64,000 nucleotides of DNA from an uncultured Ruficoccus sp. (GTDB lineage Bacteria > Verrucomicrobiota > Verrucomicrobiia > Opitutales > Cerasicoccaceae), in NCBI GenBank assembly GCA_965140785.1, contig OZ223475.1, forward strand, positions 128,001 through 192,000, given 5' to 3'. A program made the position numbers and the translations under genes. Under the pieces are notes generated by a model, which saw only the letters and a list, made by a program, of their open reading frames with translations, searched no databases and was not told the origin of the DNA. Positions 1-9,919 of the stretch are shown here, piece after piece; position 1 is the stretch's first letter, and every line of letters starts with the position of its first letter.

Positions 1-888
1 GTTGCGAACGTAGCCGATTGTCAGCCTGGGTGTTTCGAAGCGTTCGCCGGGAGCAAGCGTCCATCCAAAGTCGAAATCGTGCAGTCCAGCGTTGATGCTG
101 GTCTGTCCGTAGGTATCGCGGCGGGCAGTGATTTTCCAGTTGCCACTCCAGTGGAGCGTGCCGAACCAGACCCGGCCGCCTGACTGGGTGGCGGGAGCCA
201 CGGTTTCGTCGCAGGCAAAATAAGGCGTTGAGAATGTTCCAGACATTCCACTCCGGCTTTCCAGCGTAAGGGTCGGGTGGCTGATGCGCTGGCGGTCCAC
301 TTGAGATTCGCCAAAGGGTTTTCCGTGGAGCGAGGTCAGTTGATAGTCTGAGTTTGTGGGCAGGTGCAGGCTTGCGCTAAGTGCTCGCTCCAGACGAATG
401 GGGTCGTCGCTGCTGTTTACGATCTCGACCCAGCGGTCGATCACTGGAACGTCATCGTAAACATGATAATGCAGGAAAACCGATAGTGCCGGGTTATGTG
501 GATCACTCATGTGGACGACGAGATCGTGCTCGCCGTTTTGTTCATGTGCCTCGTACTTGAGCTCAACTGAGTCATTGCCGTCACCATATGAGACCTTCAG
601 AAGCGGTTCCTCGTAGTGTTGGCCTCCCCAGGAGGGAAATTCCTGGCGGCTGGTGAGCTCCCCGCAACGATCCCGACGAAGGCGGTGGCACTGTACTTCC
701 TTTGTGGTCGGCAAATCATCGATTTCAGTTAGACTGTCCCCCCAGTGCAGGTGGATCAGGTGACCGGTGGCGTTGATGCCAAAAGCGTAGGAGACTGATT
801 CGGTGGACTTGAGTCCGGCGTGAAGGAGGAAGCGGTGATGCAGGGCACATTCCATGCTACCGCCAGATTTGTTTTCAACGACAATCAC
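1..888 (-). CDS. Alpha-galactosidase GH36, N-terminal part (runs off window)
   Basis: Not in the ORF track. Hand translation from GTG at 888 gives SYAFGINATGHLIHLHWG, QEFPSWEGQHYEEP, LESRSGMSG and VWFGTLHWSGNWK, motifs typical of the GH36 N-terminal domain. Confidence 0.8.
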   Translation of the reverse strand, partial: MIVVENKSGGSMECALHHRFLLHAGLKSTESVSYAFGINATGHLIHLHWGDSLTEIDDLPTTKEVQCHRLRRDRCGELTSRQEFPSWGGQHYEEPLLKVSYGDGNDSVELKYEAHEQNGEHDLVVHMSDPHNPALSVFLHYHVYDDVPVIDRWVEIVNSSDDPIRLERALSASLHLPTNSDYQLTSLHGKPFGESQVDRQRISHPTLTLESRSGMSGTFSTPYFACDETVAPATQSGGRVWFGTLHWSGNWKITARRDTYGQTSINAGLHDFDFGWTLAPGERFETPRLTIGYVRN

Positions 889-925
889 GGTGTTCGTGTG
901 GTAAATGGGGCGTTAGTCGGTGGGG

Positions 926-1960
926 TTATTTGCCTTCGCAGGCGTCAAGGACGGCATCGAGGTCGCCCTCTGCAAGGCAAATGCAGGTATCGGCCGCACC
1001 GTAGTAAACACGCAGCCTGCGCGTATCAAGGTTGGCGATTGCACCTGCCGTGAACACGACATCTGGAACCGTTCCCATGTGCTCGTGAGGTAACTCCGGT
1101 GTAAGGAGATATTGCGGTGCCGAACCGATCACCTTTTCGGGATTCTCCAGATCGAGCAGTACTGCGCCGATGGAATAGCGTATGGTCCAGAAGCTGTTGT
1201 GGACGCCGTGAATGATCTCTAGCCAACCGCGTTCGGTTCTGATTGGTGGGGTGGGGCCTATCTTGAGCCCGGACCATTGGGCATGTCCTCGCTTGAGCAG
1301 AGGGCGGTGACGCCCCCAATGGATCAGGTCGGAGGATCGAGAAATCCACATGTTCGCGTAGGATTTCTCGTAAGGGGCACCCACGCTGTATGGGCGGTCG
1401 ATACGAACGTAGTCACCGTTGATTTTTTCCGGGAACAGGCAGGGGACGCGGTTATGAGGAAGGGCGATAATCTCGACAAACTCGACATTGACGAAGTCGG
1501 TTGTCTTATAGAGCAGACCGATGCAACCCCACTCGGAGTTCCCTGGTCTAATGATGTAGTAAATGTCTCCAATCTGCGTGATGCGGCAGTCGATTGTATG
1601 GTTATCCAGTTCTGGGAACGGGTGGTTGCCACAGGGCTCAAATAGGGGGGTGGCCCGAATGTCGAAGCTTATGCCGTCTTCACTTGTGGCTACATGGATT
1701 GAACTGTTTGGGTAAGTCCGGTTGGCGTGGACAATCGATATGAGAAGGAGAACTTTCCCTTGGAATATACATTGGCCTGGATTGAAAACGGCATCAGCTT
1801 GCGTCCAGGTGATGTCTTTCGGCTGAATCAGGGGGCCAGGCGTTACTCGCTTCAAGAGGGTATCGTACCTCAGAGCAGAGTCATTTGATTGGTGTGCGAA
1901 TTCTTTGTTACTCTTCTGGGAGTTTTTTACGCACTTTGTTTTAGGGTTAAAAGTATTCAT
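926..1960 (-). CDS. GH130 glycoside phosphorylase/glycosidase (beta-mannoside type)
   Basis: VFNPG, KIGPTPPIRTERGWLEIIHGV, PDVVFTAGA and VYYGAADT motifs. Confidence 0.88.
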   Translation of the reverse strand: MNTFNPKTKCVKNSQKSNKEFAHQSNDSALRYDTLLKRVTPGPLIQPKDITWTQADAVFNPGQCIFQGKVLLLISIVHANRTYPNSSIHVATSEDGISFDIRATPLFEPCGNHPFPELDNHTIDCRITQIGDIYYIIRPGNSEWGCIGLLYKTTDFVNVEFVEIIALPHNRVPCLFPEKINGDYVRIDRPYSVGAPYEKSYANMWISRSSDLIHWGRHRPLLKRGHAQWSGLKIGPTPPIRTERGWLEIIHGVHNSFWTIRYSIGAVLLDLENPEKVIGSAPQYLLTPELPHEHMGTVPDVVFTAGAIANLDTRRLRVYYGAADTCICLAEGDLDAVLDACEGK

Positions 1961-2100
1961 TGTTCTATTAAATTTAATATCTTGCAGAAGAATAATTGGC
2001 GAAAGGTTGACCTGTCAATGCGGATCGCTCTCGAATTATGTATTCGGCTGTTTGTCGGTAGTCTGATGCGCGCTGATTATGTGGCGCAGTACCGGTAGAC

Positions 2101-3141
2101 TCAGGCCGTTGCCCGTGGCTCGTCTGTAGAATCGCGAATGATTAACTTCGTGGATAGAATGTCTCTTGGGAGATTCCAATTTCCTGGGTTTTGGATCGCC
2201 TTATCGATAGCAGCAGCGGCCTGAAACCCTGCTTCTTCCAAGGGGTGCATGACGGTTGTGAGTGCTGTAAAAAGCAGGTCTGTGCCAGAGTTGTTGTCGA
2301 AACCCACGATGGAAATGTCCTTGGGGATATTTAGTCCGTGACGGTGGATAGCTGTCATAGCCCCATAGGCCATATTGTCGTCTACGGCTAGCACTGCAGT
2401 GAGTTCAGGGGCTTCATCCAGTAAGCGGTTCATTAGCTCAAACCCGGCAACACCCTTGGAGTAGGGGGCGGAATTGGGGGGGCGTGCAGGGGTACGGGCG
2501 ATCCAGTTAGGTTTTATGTGAAGATTCGATGATTTCATCGTGTTCTCATAGCCTTTGAATCGGTGTATCTGGTTAATTGATCCCTCGTGGAAAGTCAGGT
2601 ATCCAATATTGCGGTGTCCGAGTTCGATGAGATGTCTGGTTGCGGCACTGGAGCCTGAATAGGCGTCATGGTCAATGAATCCGGTGTTGGGGATAGCTAA
2701 TGGCGCGTCGAGAAAGATTACCGGAATTCCCAGGCTCCCGAGTTCAAGCTGCTCTCCATGGAAGTTTTCCGCCAGGGCTACGATGACGCCCGAGGCCTGT
2801 TGGTCTCGGATTTGCTCAAGTAGGGTGCCTTTTTGCTGACCGCTTCGTATCGTTATGCCTACTTCGATTTCATGCTTGCGGGCATAGCGCGTAATGCCTC
2901 GGAATGCTTTGCGAAAATATTCAGTCAGATCATCCTGTGGACACAGGAAAGTGATTTTAGCCGCTCGCATGCGAGGATAATCAGGTGTGAAATCATATTG
3001 TTGGAGCAGCTTCTGGATTTTGCTACGGGTCTTTTCGTTAACTCCCGTACGATTGTTCATCACTCGGGATACGGTGGAGATTGAGACTCCTGCTTCCTCG
3101 GCGATGCGGAAAATGCTGATTTCACTCTTTTTTCTAGCCAT
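2101..3141 (-). CDS. LacI-family transcriptional regulator
   Basis: HTH IAEEAGVSISTVSRVMN; C-terminal IPKDISIVGFD and LTTV. Confidence 0.95.
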   Translation of the reverse strand: MARKKSEISIFRIAEEAGVSISTVSRVMNNRTGVNEKTRSKIQKLLQQYDFTPDYPRMRAAKITFLCPQDDLTEYFRKAFRGITRYARKHEIEVGITIRSGQQKGTLLEQIRDQQASGVIVALAENFHGEQLELGSLGIPVIFLDAPLAIPNTGFIDHDAYSGSSAATRHLIELGHRNIGYLTFHEGSINQIHRFKGYENTMKSSNLHIKPNWIARTPARPPNSAPYSKGVAGFELMNRLLDEAPELTAVLAVDDNMAYGAMTAIHRHGLNIPKDISIVGFDNNSGTDLLFTALTTVMHPLEEAGFQAAAAIDKAIQNPGNWNLPRDILSTKLIIRDSTDEPRATA

Positions 3142-3234
3142 TGATATCGAAATTGAGTTTCTTTTTGATGAACTCTATGAGAAGGGCTTCTCTTGCGAAA
3201 GAAAAAATATATCAAATTTAAATGTGCGCCGTGA

Positions 3235-4662
3235 TGCACTTGCGAAAGATATTTGAGCGCGTCAGTCCTGCCAGGAATTTTTGGTCCTGTGGAGTATTCG
3301 ATTCTGTGGTTTCTTGTTCCTTTACAGCAACTTATGGTTTTTGAAAAAGTTGTCTTGAAACCGCAAGCTTTACTTCTGCTGAGCATGTTGGCAGGTTGGA
3401 TGAACCGTCAGCAGCAGCAAGTCATCGACTATTTGGTGGAGGAGAATCGAGTTCTTCGTGAGCAACTCGACATCCACGCCAAGGGCAAACGCATTCGTTT
3501 CAACGCGAACCAACGCAGGCGCTTGGCTGAGAAAGGCCGTTGCCTGGGGTGTAAGATGTTGATGAAAATCGCGACGCTCGCGACACCAGAGACGATTTAC
3601 CGCTGGCATCGTCAGATTGTTGCAATGGCTTATGCCCCGAAGGGCCGGGATCATTCCGTAGTTCATGCCGGGCGGGCTCAGCGCAATGCGCTCATCATCA
3701 AGCTGGCCGTGGAGAACTCAGGCTGGGGATACACGCGTATCCAAGGCGTGATGCAGAATCTCGGCTATCCCAAACTGAGCACTTCGACTATCGGAGAGGT
3801 GCTGCGCGAGGCGAGTATCCGGCCTTCGCCGGAGCGCGGCAGTCGCTTGAATTGGAAGACGTTCATTCGCGTTCATGCCGATCAGCTTGCTGCCACAGAC
3901 TTCTTCATGGTGCCGGTGTGGACCTTGCGCGGACTGGCCATGTGCCGGGTGCATTTCGTGATCGATCTGCTGACGCGAAAGGTGGAGATCACGCATATCG
4001 GTTGCCAATACTCCGGAGAGTTGATGCTCCAAATTGCCCGGAACCGGACGGATGCATTCGAAGGATTTTTGACCGGCAAAAAGTACATGCTGCATGACCG
4101 AGACCCGCTCTTTACTCAGGCATTTCGGGATCTGCTGCGTAGCAGCGATACGATACCTCTGAAGCTGCCACCGCGCATGCCGATGATGAACGGCTACGCG
4201 GAGTGCTTCGTCAAATCGATCAAGCGTGAGTGTCTGGATAAGATGATTTTCTTCAGCGAGGATGCTCTGCGGAAGGCCATCGCTCAATACGTGCTGCATC
4301 ACCTCCATGAGAGGCCGCACCAGGGCCGCGATAACAAAATCATAGAGCCGGATGTAGAAACCTTTAGGAATCAGGGCCCGATCCGAAAAATCGCACACCT
4401 CGGCGGGCTCCTGAATCACTACTATCGCGATCCATTACCGGAAATTGGCGAAGAGGAGGGGAGGGCTGCATGAGCTTTTCCGAGAGTCACTTTTCTTCAA
4501 AAAATGCCCGAGTCCGATGCCCGGGTGACTCCTTTCCCATCGACTCATATGCCCTGAATCGGCAAAATCATGGGTGTATGATTTCGCCCTCCAACCTGCA
4601 AGCGAAAGGACTTCTGGCACGCGCAAGTGACTGAGCGATGCGCGTCAATGCGACTGCGTGCA
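3235..4662 (+). mobile_element. rve/IS481-like insertion sequence (ends uncertain)
   Basis: Imperfect terminal inverted repeats: TGCCAGGAAT at 3269 vs ACTTCTGGCA ending 4619, possibly extending to TGCAC (3235) / GTGCA (4662). No target duplication seen. Confidence 0.55.
3253..4473 (+). CDS. Integrase-core (rve, IS481-like) DDE transposase; the only apparently intact copy
   Basis: WGYTRIQG, AATDFF (D), LHDRD (D), NGYAECFVKSIKRECLD (E), HERPHQG and LGGLLNHY. The true start may be downstream (ATG 3334). Confidence 0.88.
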   Translation: MSASVLPGIFGPVEYSILWFLVPLQQLMVFEKVVLKPQALLLLSMLAGWMNRQQQQVIDYLVEENRVLREQLDIHAKGKRIRFNANQRRRLAEKGRCLGCKMLMKIATLATPETIYRWHRQIVAMAYAPKGRDHSVVHAGRAQRNALIIKLAVENSGWGYTRIQGVMQNLGYPKLSTSTIGEVLREASIRPSPERGSRLNWKTFIRVHADQLAATDFFMVPVWTLRGLAMCRVHFVIDLLTRKVEITHIGCQYSGELMLQIARNRTDAFEGFLTGKKYMLHDRDPLFTQAFRDLLRSSDTIPLKLPPRMPMMNGYAECFVKSIKRECLDKMIFFSEDALRKAIAQYVLHHLHERPHQGRDNKIIEPDVETFRNQGPIRKIAHLGGLLNHYYRDPLPEIGEEEGRAA

Positions 4663-4763
4663 ACTCAATTACCTTAACTGAGCCTTAGTTGGCAAATAGA
4701 TGGAGTCGCTTTGTGCTGGTAATAAGCGACTTATGGATGCGAGTCCGCGTCCCGTCACCTCCA
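4620..4763 (+). repeat. att-like boundary unit 1 (arm repeats + IHF-like site + tmRNA 3'-end-like core)
   Basis: CCTTAACTGAG-CCTTAGTTGG (4672-4692), AATAAGCGACTTA, then GCGAGTCCGCGTCCCGTCACCTCCA ending 4763. Recurs at 18526, 42060, 42177 and 52201. Confidence 0.8.
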
Positions 4764-4808
4764 GTGTTGCGTTCTTCGGGTCCATGGCCTCGTTGGGGTC
4801 AGTAAGTG

Positions 4809-7223
4809 TTACCATGAGAAAAGGACGGCTCCGCTTACGCGTTCTACGGTTTCGAGCATGGGGCCGTGTTCGGTGTTGATCGTTTTGAGCTCGGGCGTTT
4901 TGCCGCCGACAAAGGGCCATTTGGGATTCTCCAAGAGCGTCGGTGTGGCATCGGTGGGCGGGAAAAAGCGAATCTTCGCTTCCTTGAGGCCATCAGCGCG
5001 TACGCGACGGGTTACGCCAAACTGGACGGACGTTTGCTCGCGGAAACTGACAACGCCGGCGTCTTGTTCGATGAAAACGCGGCACTCGTTGCGCCAGCCA
5101 CGCGCCTGATGGAAGTGCGCGATTCCGCCGCGCAGGCGTGTTTCGAGACCGAGCATCAGAGGCGCACCAAAAGGCGTGTGCAGGGAGTATTCCACGGTGG
5201 TGTCGGGCGTGTAGCCGGAGAAAAACCAGCCGTTGTCGTGCCGGTGGATGGACAGGACCGGTAGGCACTGGCTCCGTGTTTCGGCCTTGAAGCCGATATG
5301 CCAGCCAAGCTTTCCGATTGTGCGTCGAATGAGTTCTCCGAGGGGAAAGGTGGTGGCGGTGTCATCGTGGGCGGGCAGGCGATTCCTTTTTGAGAGGCCG
5401 AGTGGCAGCGGTCCGCGCACCCAGGTCAAAATGCCTCCACTCGGGGAGGTGTAGTGACTTGCCAATACACGCTCTTCGCCATTCTTCCGGGCGACAGCGT
5501 CGGTCTTAGCGCCTTCCGCTGGGCGCTCGCGCAAGGTCCCGCCGGACATGGTCGTGCGGTGGATAAAGGTGTCGGGCTCGATGCCGTCTTCGAAACGGTC
5601 GGACACCGGGAGCGTAGTGGCCGCTTCCATCGTTCCTTCGAGCGGATCCGCCAGCTCCAGTTGGAGGCGTTCGCGCAGCCGGGTAGAGTGGTCGAGGGGG
5701 CCGTAGACGAGAATGTTCTGGCCACTCTCGACCCACGCGAGCAGTTGTTCTTCGCTCGTTTTGTCAAAAGGCGTGGGGGTGATCAGCAGGCGTCCGCCAA
5801 GCGCTGCACGCTGCTTTTCGCCCAGCTCGGTAAAGGCTCGCGTGCTGATGACGGAGTTGACCGGCAGGCCATTGTTAATGGCCTCGCGCATAAACCAATC
5901 CACGTGGAAAAGCCGCTCTGGTTGCCGGGGTTCGCTAAACATGGCGTCGTGAAGCTGGTCGAAGGGATAGAGCCAGACGATGGGCCCGGCGGCGTCGGGA
6001 CGTTCGTCCCAGGCGCGCAGCAGGTGCGGGGCGCAGGTGTCGGGGACGGCGTCGGGCATGTTACCGTGGGAGTCGTCGATGGTCATCAGGCCAAGGGTCT
6101 GGGGCACTTCGGTCTTACCTTCTGCGGTGATCCGCGCCGATGCCAGCGGCAGGTAGATGTCGTGCGGCTGGCGCTCGTAGCGATCGAGCCAAGGGCTGTT
6201 CAGCCACCACGGGTCATGGGTGTAAAAACGAAACGGAAACTCCTCGCCGGGGGGGAGTTCCACGATGCGGCTGAGGTACCCGGCCAGCTCTATCCCGAAA
6301 TCGCCGTTGATGGCGGCCCAGGGTGAGTTGGGGGGAGGGGCCATGTTGAAGTCCCCGTCGTAGATTTCGCGCAGCGGAGTAGCGTCGCTGGCCAGGTCGG
6401 TTGCTGTGCCGAGGTTCGTGCCGCGGGTTTCTACACGCCGGTCCGGACACTCACGCCGAAAGTCCTTCCAGAAGGCGAGGATGCGGTCGCGCGTTTCATT
6501 TGCCAGCTCGGGCTGGAAGGTGGCACCGTCAAAGAGCGGGCCGACAGCCATCCATGTCTCCATCCCGAAGCCGAAGCCGTTCGAGAGCCATAGGTAGTCG
6601 GCGTCCAGATCGTCGGCCAGTCGCTGAAACTGGCGACCGAGAAAAGTCCCCATGCTGGTGTCCTGCGGGATGCCTTTGGGGAACCCGGCATAGTTGCGGT
6701 CATCTGCGTTGAGGATACCGTAGCAGCAGACAAAGCTGCCTTTGCCACTGGTGTCGGCGAGGCAGATCTCCGGGTGGGTTTCGTATTTAAACTTGGAGGG
6801 GGCGAACTCGCCGCTGGGGTCAAAAGTCAGCCCGATGCGTACGGGCTTGCCGATGGCGGCAACAGCCTCGCGCCAGACGGCTACGATCTCGGCAAAGCGC
6901 CGGTAGGTGATTTTTTCGACCCCGTCGCGGTAAAAATGAGGGTGTTTGTACAGGCTGACTCCCTCCGGGTCCGCCGGTATATACGGGTGGAGGTGGGGAT
7001 TGGCGTTACCCTGATAGCGGGCCCACTCCATTTCGTCGTCAAGGTTGCCGGAGTATTCCAGGATTTCCGAGCCGTCCGAGGCCCAGAACATCACTGAGAG
7101 CGTGTCGGCGCGCTCGATCAGAATACGCCACTGCCGCAGGGCGTGGTCACAGACCGCGCGGAGACCATCGTGATCGAGCCCGTAAAAGGGCTTCAGGGAG
7201 ACTTCCAAGGTGAAAATTTTCAT
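4809..7223 (-). CDS. Uncharacterised ~800-aa protein, possible carbohydrate-active enzyme
   Basis: Long ORF with GC-rich coding bias; likely start MKIFTLEVSLKPF at 7223; directly downstream of IclR; no family recognised. Confidence 0.75.
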   Translation of the reverse strand: MKIFTLEVSLKPFYGLDHDGLRAVCDHALRQWRILIERADTLSVMFWASDGSEILEYSGNLDDEMEWARYQGNANPHLHPYIPADPEGVSLYKHPHFYRDGVEKITYRRFAEIVAVWREAVAAIGKPVRIGLTFDPSGEFAPSKFKYETHPEICLADTSGKGSFVCCYGILNADDRNYAGFPKGIPQDTSMGTFLGRQFQRLADDLDADYLWLSNGFGFGMETWMAVGPLFDGATFQPELANETRDRILAFWKDFRRECPDRRVETRGTNLGTATDLASDATPLREIYDGDFNMAPPPNSPWAAINGDFGIELAGYLSRIVELPPGEEFPFRFYTHDPWWLNSPWLDRYERQPHDIYLPLASARITAEGKTEVPQTLGLMTIDDSHGNMPDAVPDTCAPHLLRAWDERPDAAGPIVWLYPFDQLHDAMFSEPRQPERLFHVDWFMREAINNGLPVNSVISTRAFTELGEKQRAALGGRLLITPTPFDKTSEEQLLAWVESGQNILVYGPLDHSTRLRERLQLELADPLEGTMEAATTLPVSDRFEDGIEPDTFIHRTTMSGGTLRERPAEGAKTDAVARKNGEERVLASHYTSPSGGILTWVRGPLPLGLSKRNRLPAHDDTATTFPLGELIRRTIGKLGWHIGFKAETRSQCLPVLSIHRHDNGWFFSGYTPDTTVEYSLHTPFGAPLMLGLETRLRGGIAHFHQARGWRNECRVFIEQDAGVVSFREQTSVQFGVTRRVRADGLKEAKIRFFPPTDATPTLLENPKWPFVGGKTPELKTINTEHGPMLETVERVSGAVLFSW

Positions 7224-7261
7224 GGGGGTGTTGAGTTTTTTTTCATGGGGGGTGTTAAGTT

Positions 7262-8080
7262 TTATAAAAGGGCGGGAGTGCGGGGGGGGCGTTCCGTTGC
7301 CAGGCGCTTGTTGGCGGGGACCATGTCCTTGCACCAGAGTTGTTCGATAGCAGCAGCGGCCTGCTTCAGGACGTTCAGGCTATGCGTGATCTGTTCCTCT
7401 TTACTGAGTCGAAGGGTGGGGGCGCTGGCCCCGATGCTGGCGAGAGTGCCGCCCCAGGGGTTACGAATGGGGACGGCCACGGCGCTGATGCCCTCGCAGT
7501 ATTCGTCGCAGGTGCGGGCGTAGCCGTCCTGCCTGACGCCAGCGAGCTCCGGGCGGAGCTTCTCGGGCGTATTCAGGGTTTGCGGGGTGAGCGCCTGCAG
7601 TTCTGTCTCGCGCAAGTAGTCCTCGAGCTCCTTATCACTGAGCGAGGCCAGCAGCACTTTGCCAAACGCGGTGCAGTAAGAGTGGCTGCTTAGCTCCTCG
7701 GGCTCCTGGACGCGCAGCGCGTGCTGAGAGGGGACGTATTTGAGGTTGATCATTCTGCCGTGCTCGATCGAGCCCAGCAGGATGCTTTCGTTTAATTGGC
7801 TGGCGACGTCATCCACGATTGCGCTCGCGGTGGATACAAGGGTGTGGCGGTAGCGGGGATGCTGCCCCAGAAGTACCAGGCGAATGCCGGGTTCGAACAG
7901 CTTGGTTTTGGGATCCTGGCGCAAGTAGCCGCGGTCACAAAAGGTCTGCGCGATATTATGCACGGTAGCGACGTTCATCCCGAGCTGTCCAGCCAGACTG
8001 CGCGTGCCAATTCCGTCCTGGCTGCGGAAGATCGCTTCTAGGATGGACAGACTTTTTTCCAGTGTGGAAACACGCGGCAT
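7262..8080 (-). CDS. IclR-family transcriptional regulator
   Basis: TLEKSLSILE...ATVHNIAQT HTH; CTAFGKVLLA and GYARTCDEYCEGISAVAVPI. Confidence 0.93.
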   Translation of the reverse strand: MPRVSTLEKSLSILEAIFRSQDGIGTRSLAGQLGMNVATVHNIAQTFCDRGYLRQDPKTKLFEPGIRLVLLGQHPRYRHTLVSTASAIVDDVASQLNESILLGSIEHGRMINLKYVPSQHALRVQEPEELSSHSYCTAFGKVLLASLSDKELEDYLRETELQALTPQTLNTPEKLRPELAGVRQDGYARTCDEYCEGISAVAVPIRNPWGGTLASIGASAPTLRLSKEEQITHSLNVLKQAAAAIEQLWCKDMVPANKRLATERPPRTPALL

Positions 8081-8670
8081 TTTTATGTTTAAATAAAATA
8101 AACAGAATGGATTGTCTGCTCGGAACAAATGTATTTAAATCGCTATGATTACTCTTAAATACTCGAAATATTCGCGTTTCAAGGAAAAATTCCAAATTTC
8201 TTGTGTTTAATATTTACGAACAGATTAGTTGTTGGGCGGTGCTTGCATTAAAACAGCCCCGGGTGGGGCAGGCAGCATATCTAGCCCGCCGACTAGCGAT
8301 TATCGGCCGCACATGGGCACAGCTAACGCGGGTCGACACTCGTAGTGCCGGAATCGGTATCGCTTGGGGACCGTTTTCAGGCAACGGTTAGGACCAAATG
8401 GCTGCGCCCGCCGAGGTGGCTTTCTGCACGGCGCGGTGCCATTCGGCTTCGCAGCGACCGAGGAATTTTTCCCAGCCATTCAGTGTGCCGTTCGAACCAT
8501 AGTCGCGCATGGTATCTTCGTAGAGCTCGCCATGCGGTCCATTTGAGTATGCTATTTTATGATTTCTCATACATTGACAGCAACTTACGGTTTTTTTGAG
8601 AAAGTGACCGTGTCCACTTAAACTGAGCCGCTTGCAAAGTTAGTCTGAGTGCTTAGAAAGGACTCAGACG

Positions 8671-8937
8671 ATGAAAGGCAAGCGATACAGTACAGAGCAA
8701 AAAATCCGCATTTTACGCGCCGCTGATGCTGGCAGAGCGATCGTGGATGTCTGCCGCGAGGCAGGGATCAGCGAGCAGACGTTCCACCGCTGGAAGCGGG
8801 AGCTTGGGATGCTGGAAGTCGATCAGGCCAAGCAACTGAAGGAACTGCAAAAGGAGAACGCTCGGCTGAAGCGTATGCTGGCGGACGAGATACTTGGTAA
8901 GGAGCTGCTGAAGGAGGCGCTCGAAAAAAAATGGTAA
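8671..8937 (+). CDS. IS3 transposase OrfA
   Basis: MKGKRYSTEQKIRIL...GISEQTFHRWK HTH and coiled coil; ends KKW*. Confidence 0.92.
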   Translation: MKGKRYSTEQKIRILRAADAGRAIVDVCREAGISEQTFHRWKRELGMLEVDQAKQLKELQKENARLKRMLADEILGKELLKEALEKKW

Positions 8938-9911
8938 GCCCTGCACACAAGCGCGAGATGGCGCAAACTCTGGTGTCGCAGGGCAGATGTTCAGCGCGGG
9001 CGGCCTGCCGTCACTTTGGGTTGCATCGCAGTACCTTCGGCTATCAGGCGAAGGAGACTACGCCCTGGTTGGCAAAGTTACGTGGGGCTTTGCGTCGCAA
9101 GAGCGAAGCGCATCCCGAGCTGGGTTACCCGAAAATCACTCATCTACTCAAGCGCGATGGTTGGGACGTAGGTAAGCGGCTGGTGCAGCGCCTGCGCCAG
9201 GAGATGGGGCTGAAGTGTCCGACTAAGAAGCCTCGTCAGCGTCGGCGCGGCCCCTCGACGGGCTTACCGACAAAGGCTACTCATCGCAACCACGTGTGGA
9301 CCTGCGACTTCGTGGCCGACCGTACGGCTAAGGGCGGATCAATCCGCATGCTCACGGTACTCGATGAGTACACCCGTGAGTGCCTGTGCATCCACGTCGA
9401 TCGCCACCTCAACGCCGCCAAGGTGCGAGCCGTCATGAGCGAGTTGATCAGTGCCTACGGCAGCCCCGAGCACATCCGTAGCGACAACGGCAGCGAGTTT
9501 ATCGAGAAGAGCCTGCGTAAATGGTACGCGGACGAGGAGATCAAGACGCTCTACATTGAGCCGGGCAGTCCCTGGCAGAACGGCTACATAGAATCCTTCA
9601 ACGGCAGACTCCGCGATGAGTGCCTCAACCGCGAGTGGTTTTATACGCTCACCGAGGCACGCGTGGTCATTGAGGACTGGAGGTGGAAATACAACAACAT
9701 CCGCCCGCACCGTTCACTCGGACTGCTCACGCCGCTCGAGTTTGCAGCCAAAGAAACCGCACCAACCCCCTTCGACATCAACTTCCAAGGCATGGGCTAC
9801 ACTCGGGCTACGCCCTCCTTGCGCCCAAGCCTTGACACCCTCTACAACCTAACCCTAAATCACATCATTAACCCGCTCAGACTAACTCTCAATGCGGTAC
9901 AGTTTGCGTAG
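8931..9911 (+). CDS. IS3 transposase OrfB (DDE), reached by -1 frameshift
   Basis: WTCDF, IRSDNGSEF, PGSPWQNGYIESFNGRLRDECLN and YNNIRPHRSL. Confidence 0.92.
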   Translation: MVSPAHKREMAQTLVSQGRCSARAACRHFGLHRSTFGYQAKETTPWLAKLRGALRRKSEAHPELGYPKITHLLKRDGWDVGKRLVQRLRQEMGLKCPTKKPRQRRRGPSTGLPTKATHRNHVWTCDFVADRTAKGGSIRMLTVLDEYTRECLCIHVDRHLNAAKVRAVMSELISAYGSPEHIRSDNGSEFIEKSLRKWYADEEIKTLYIEPGSPWQNGYIESFNGRLRDECLNREWFYTLTEARVVIEDWRWKYNNIRPHRSLGLLTPLEFAAKETAPTPFDINFQGMGYTRATPSLRPSLDTLYNLTLNHIINPLRLTLNAVQFA

Positions 9912-9919
9912 GCAGGTCA

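Larger units (their letters stand above)
8605..9919 (+). mobile_element. IS3-family element (copy 1, apparently intact)
   Basis: Ends TGACCGTGTCC... and ...GGCAGGTCA; orfA/orfB with an A8 slippery run at 8924-8931. A near-identical inverted copy lies at 55617-56930. Confidence 0.93.

Noticed and set aside
1997..3250. GCGAAAG motifs near the first lacI as operators
   Set aside because: Short, non-palindromic and too weak to call.
4735..4763. Intact tRNA or tmRNA gene at any of the CACCTCCA cores
   Set aside because: Only a 3' acceptor strand and a damaged T-arm (loop TCCGCGT, not TTCRANY) are present. There is no matching 5' GGGGGTG strand or tmRNA body upstream.
8388..8570. 60-aa minus-strand ORF next to IS3
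   Set aside because: No recognisable motif; possibly a gene fragment, but unsupported.
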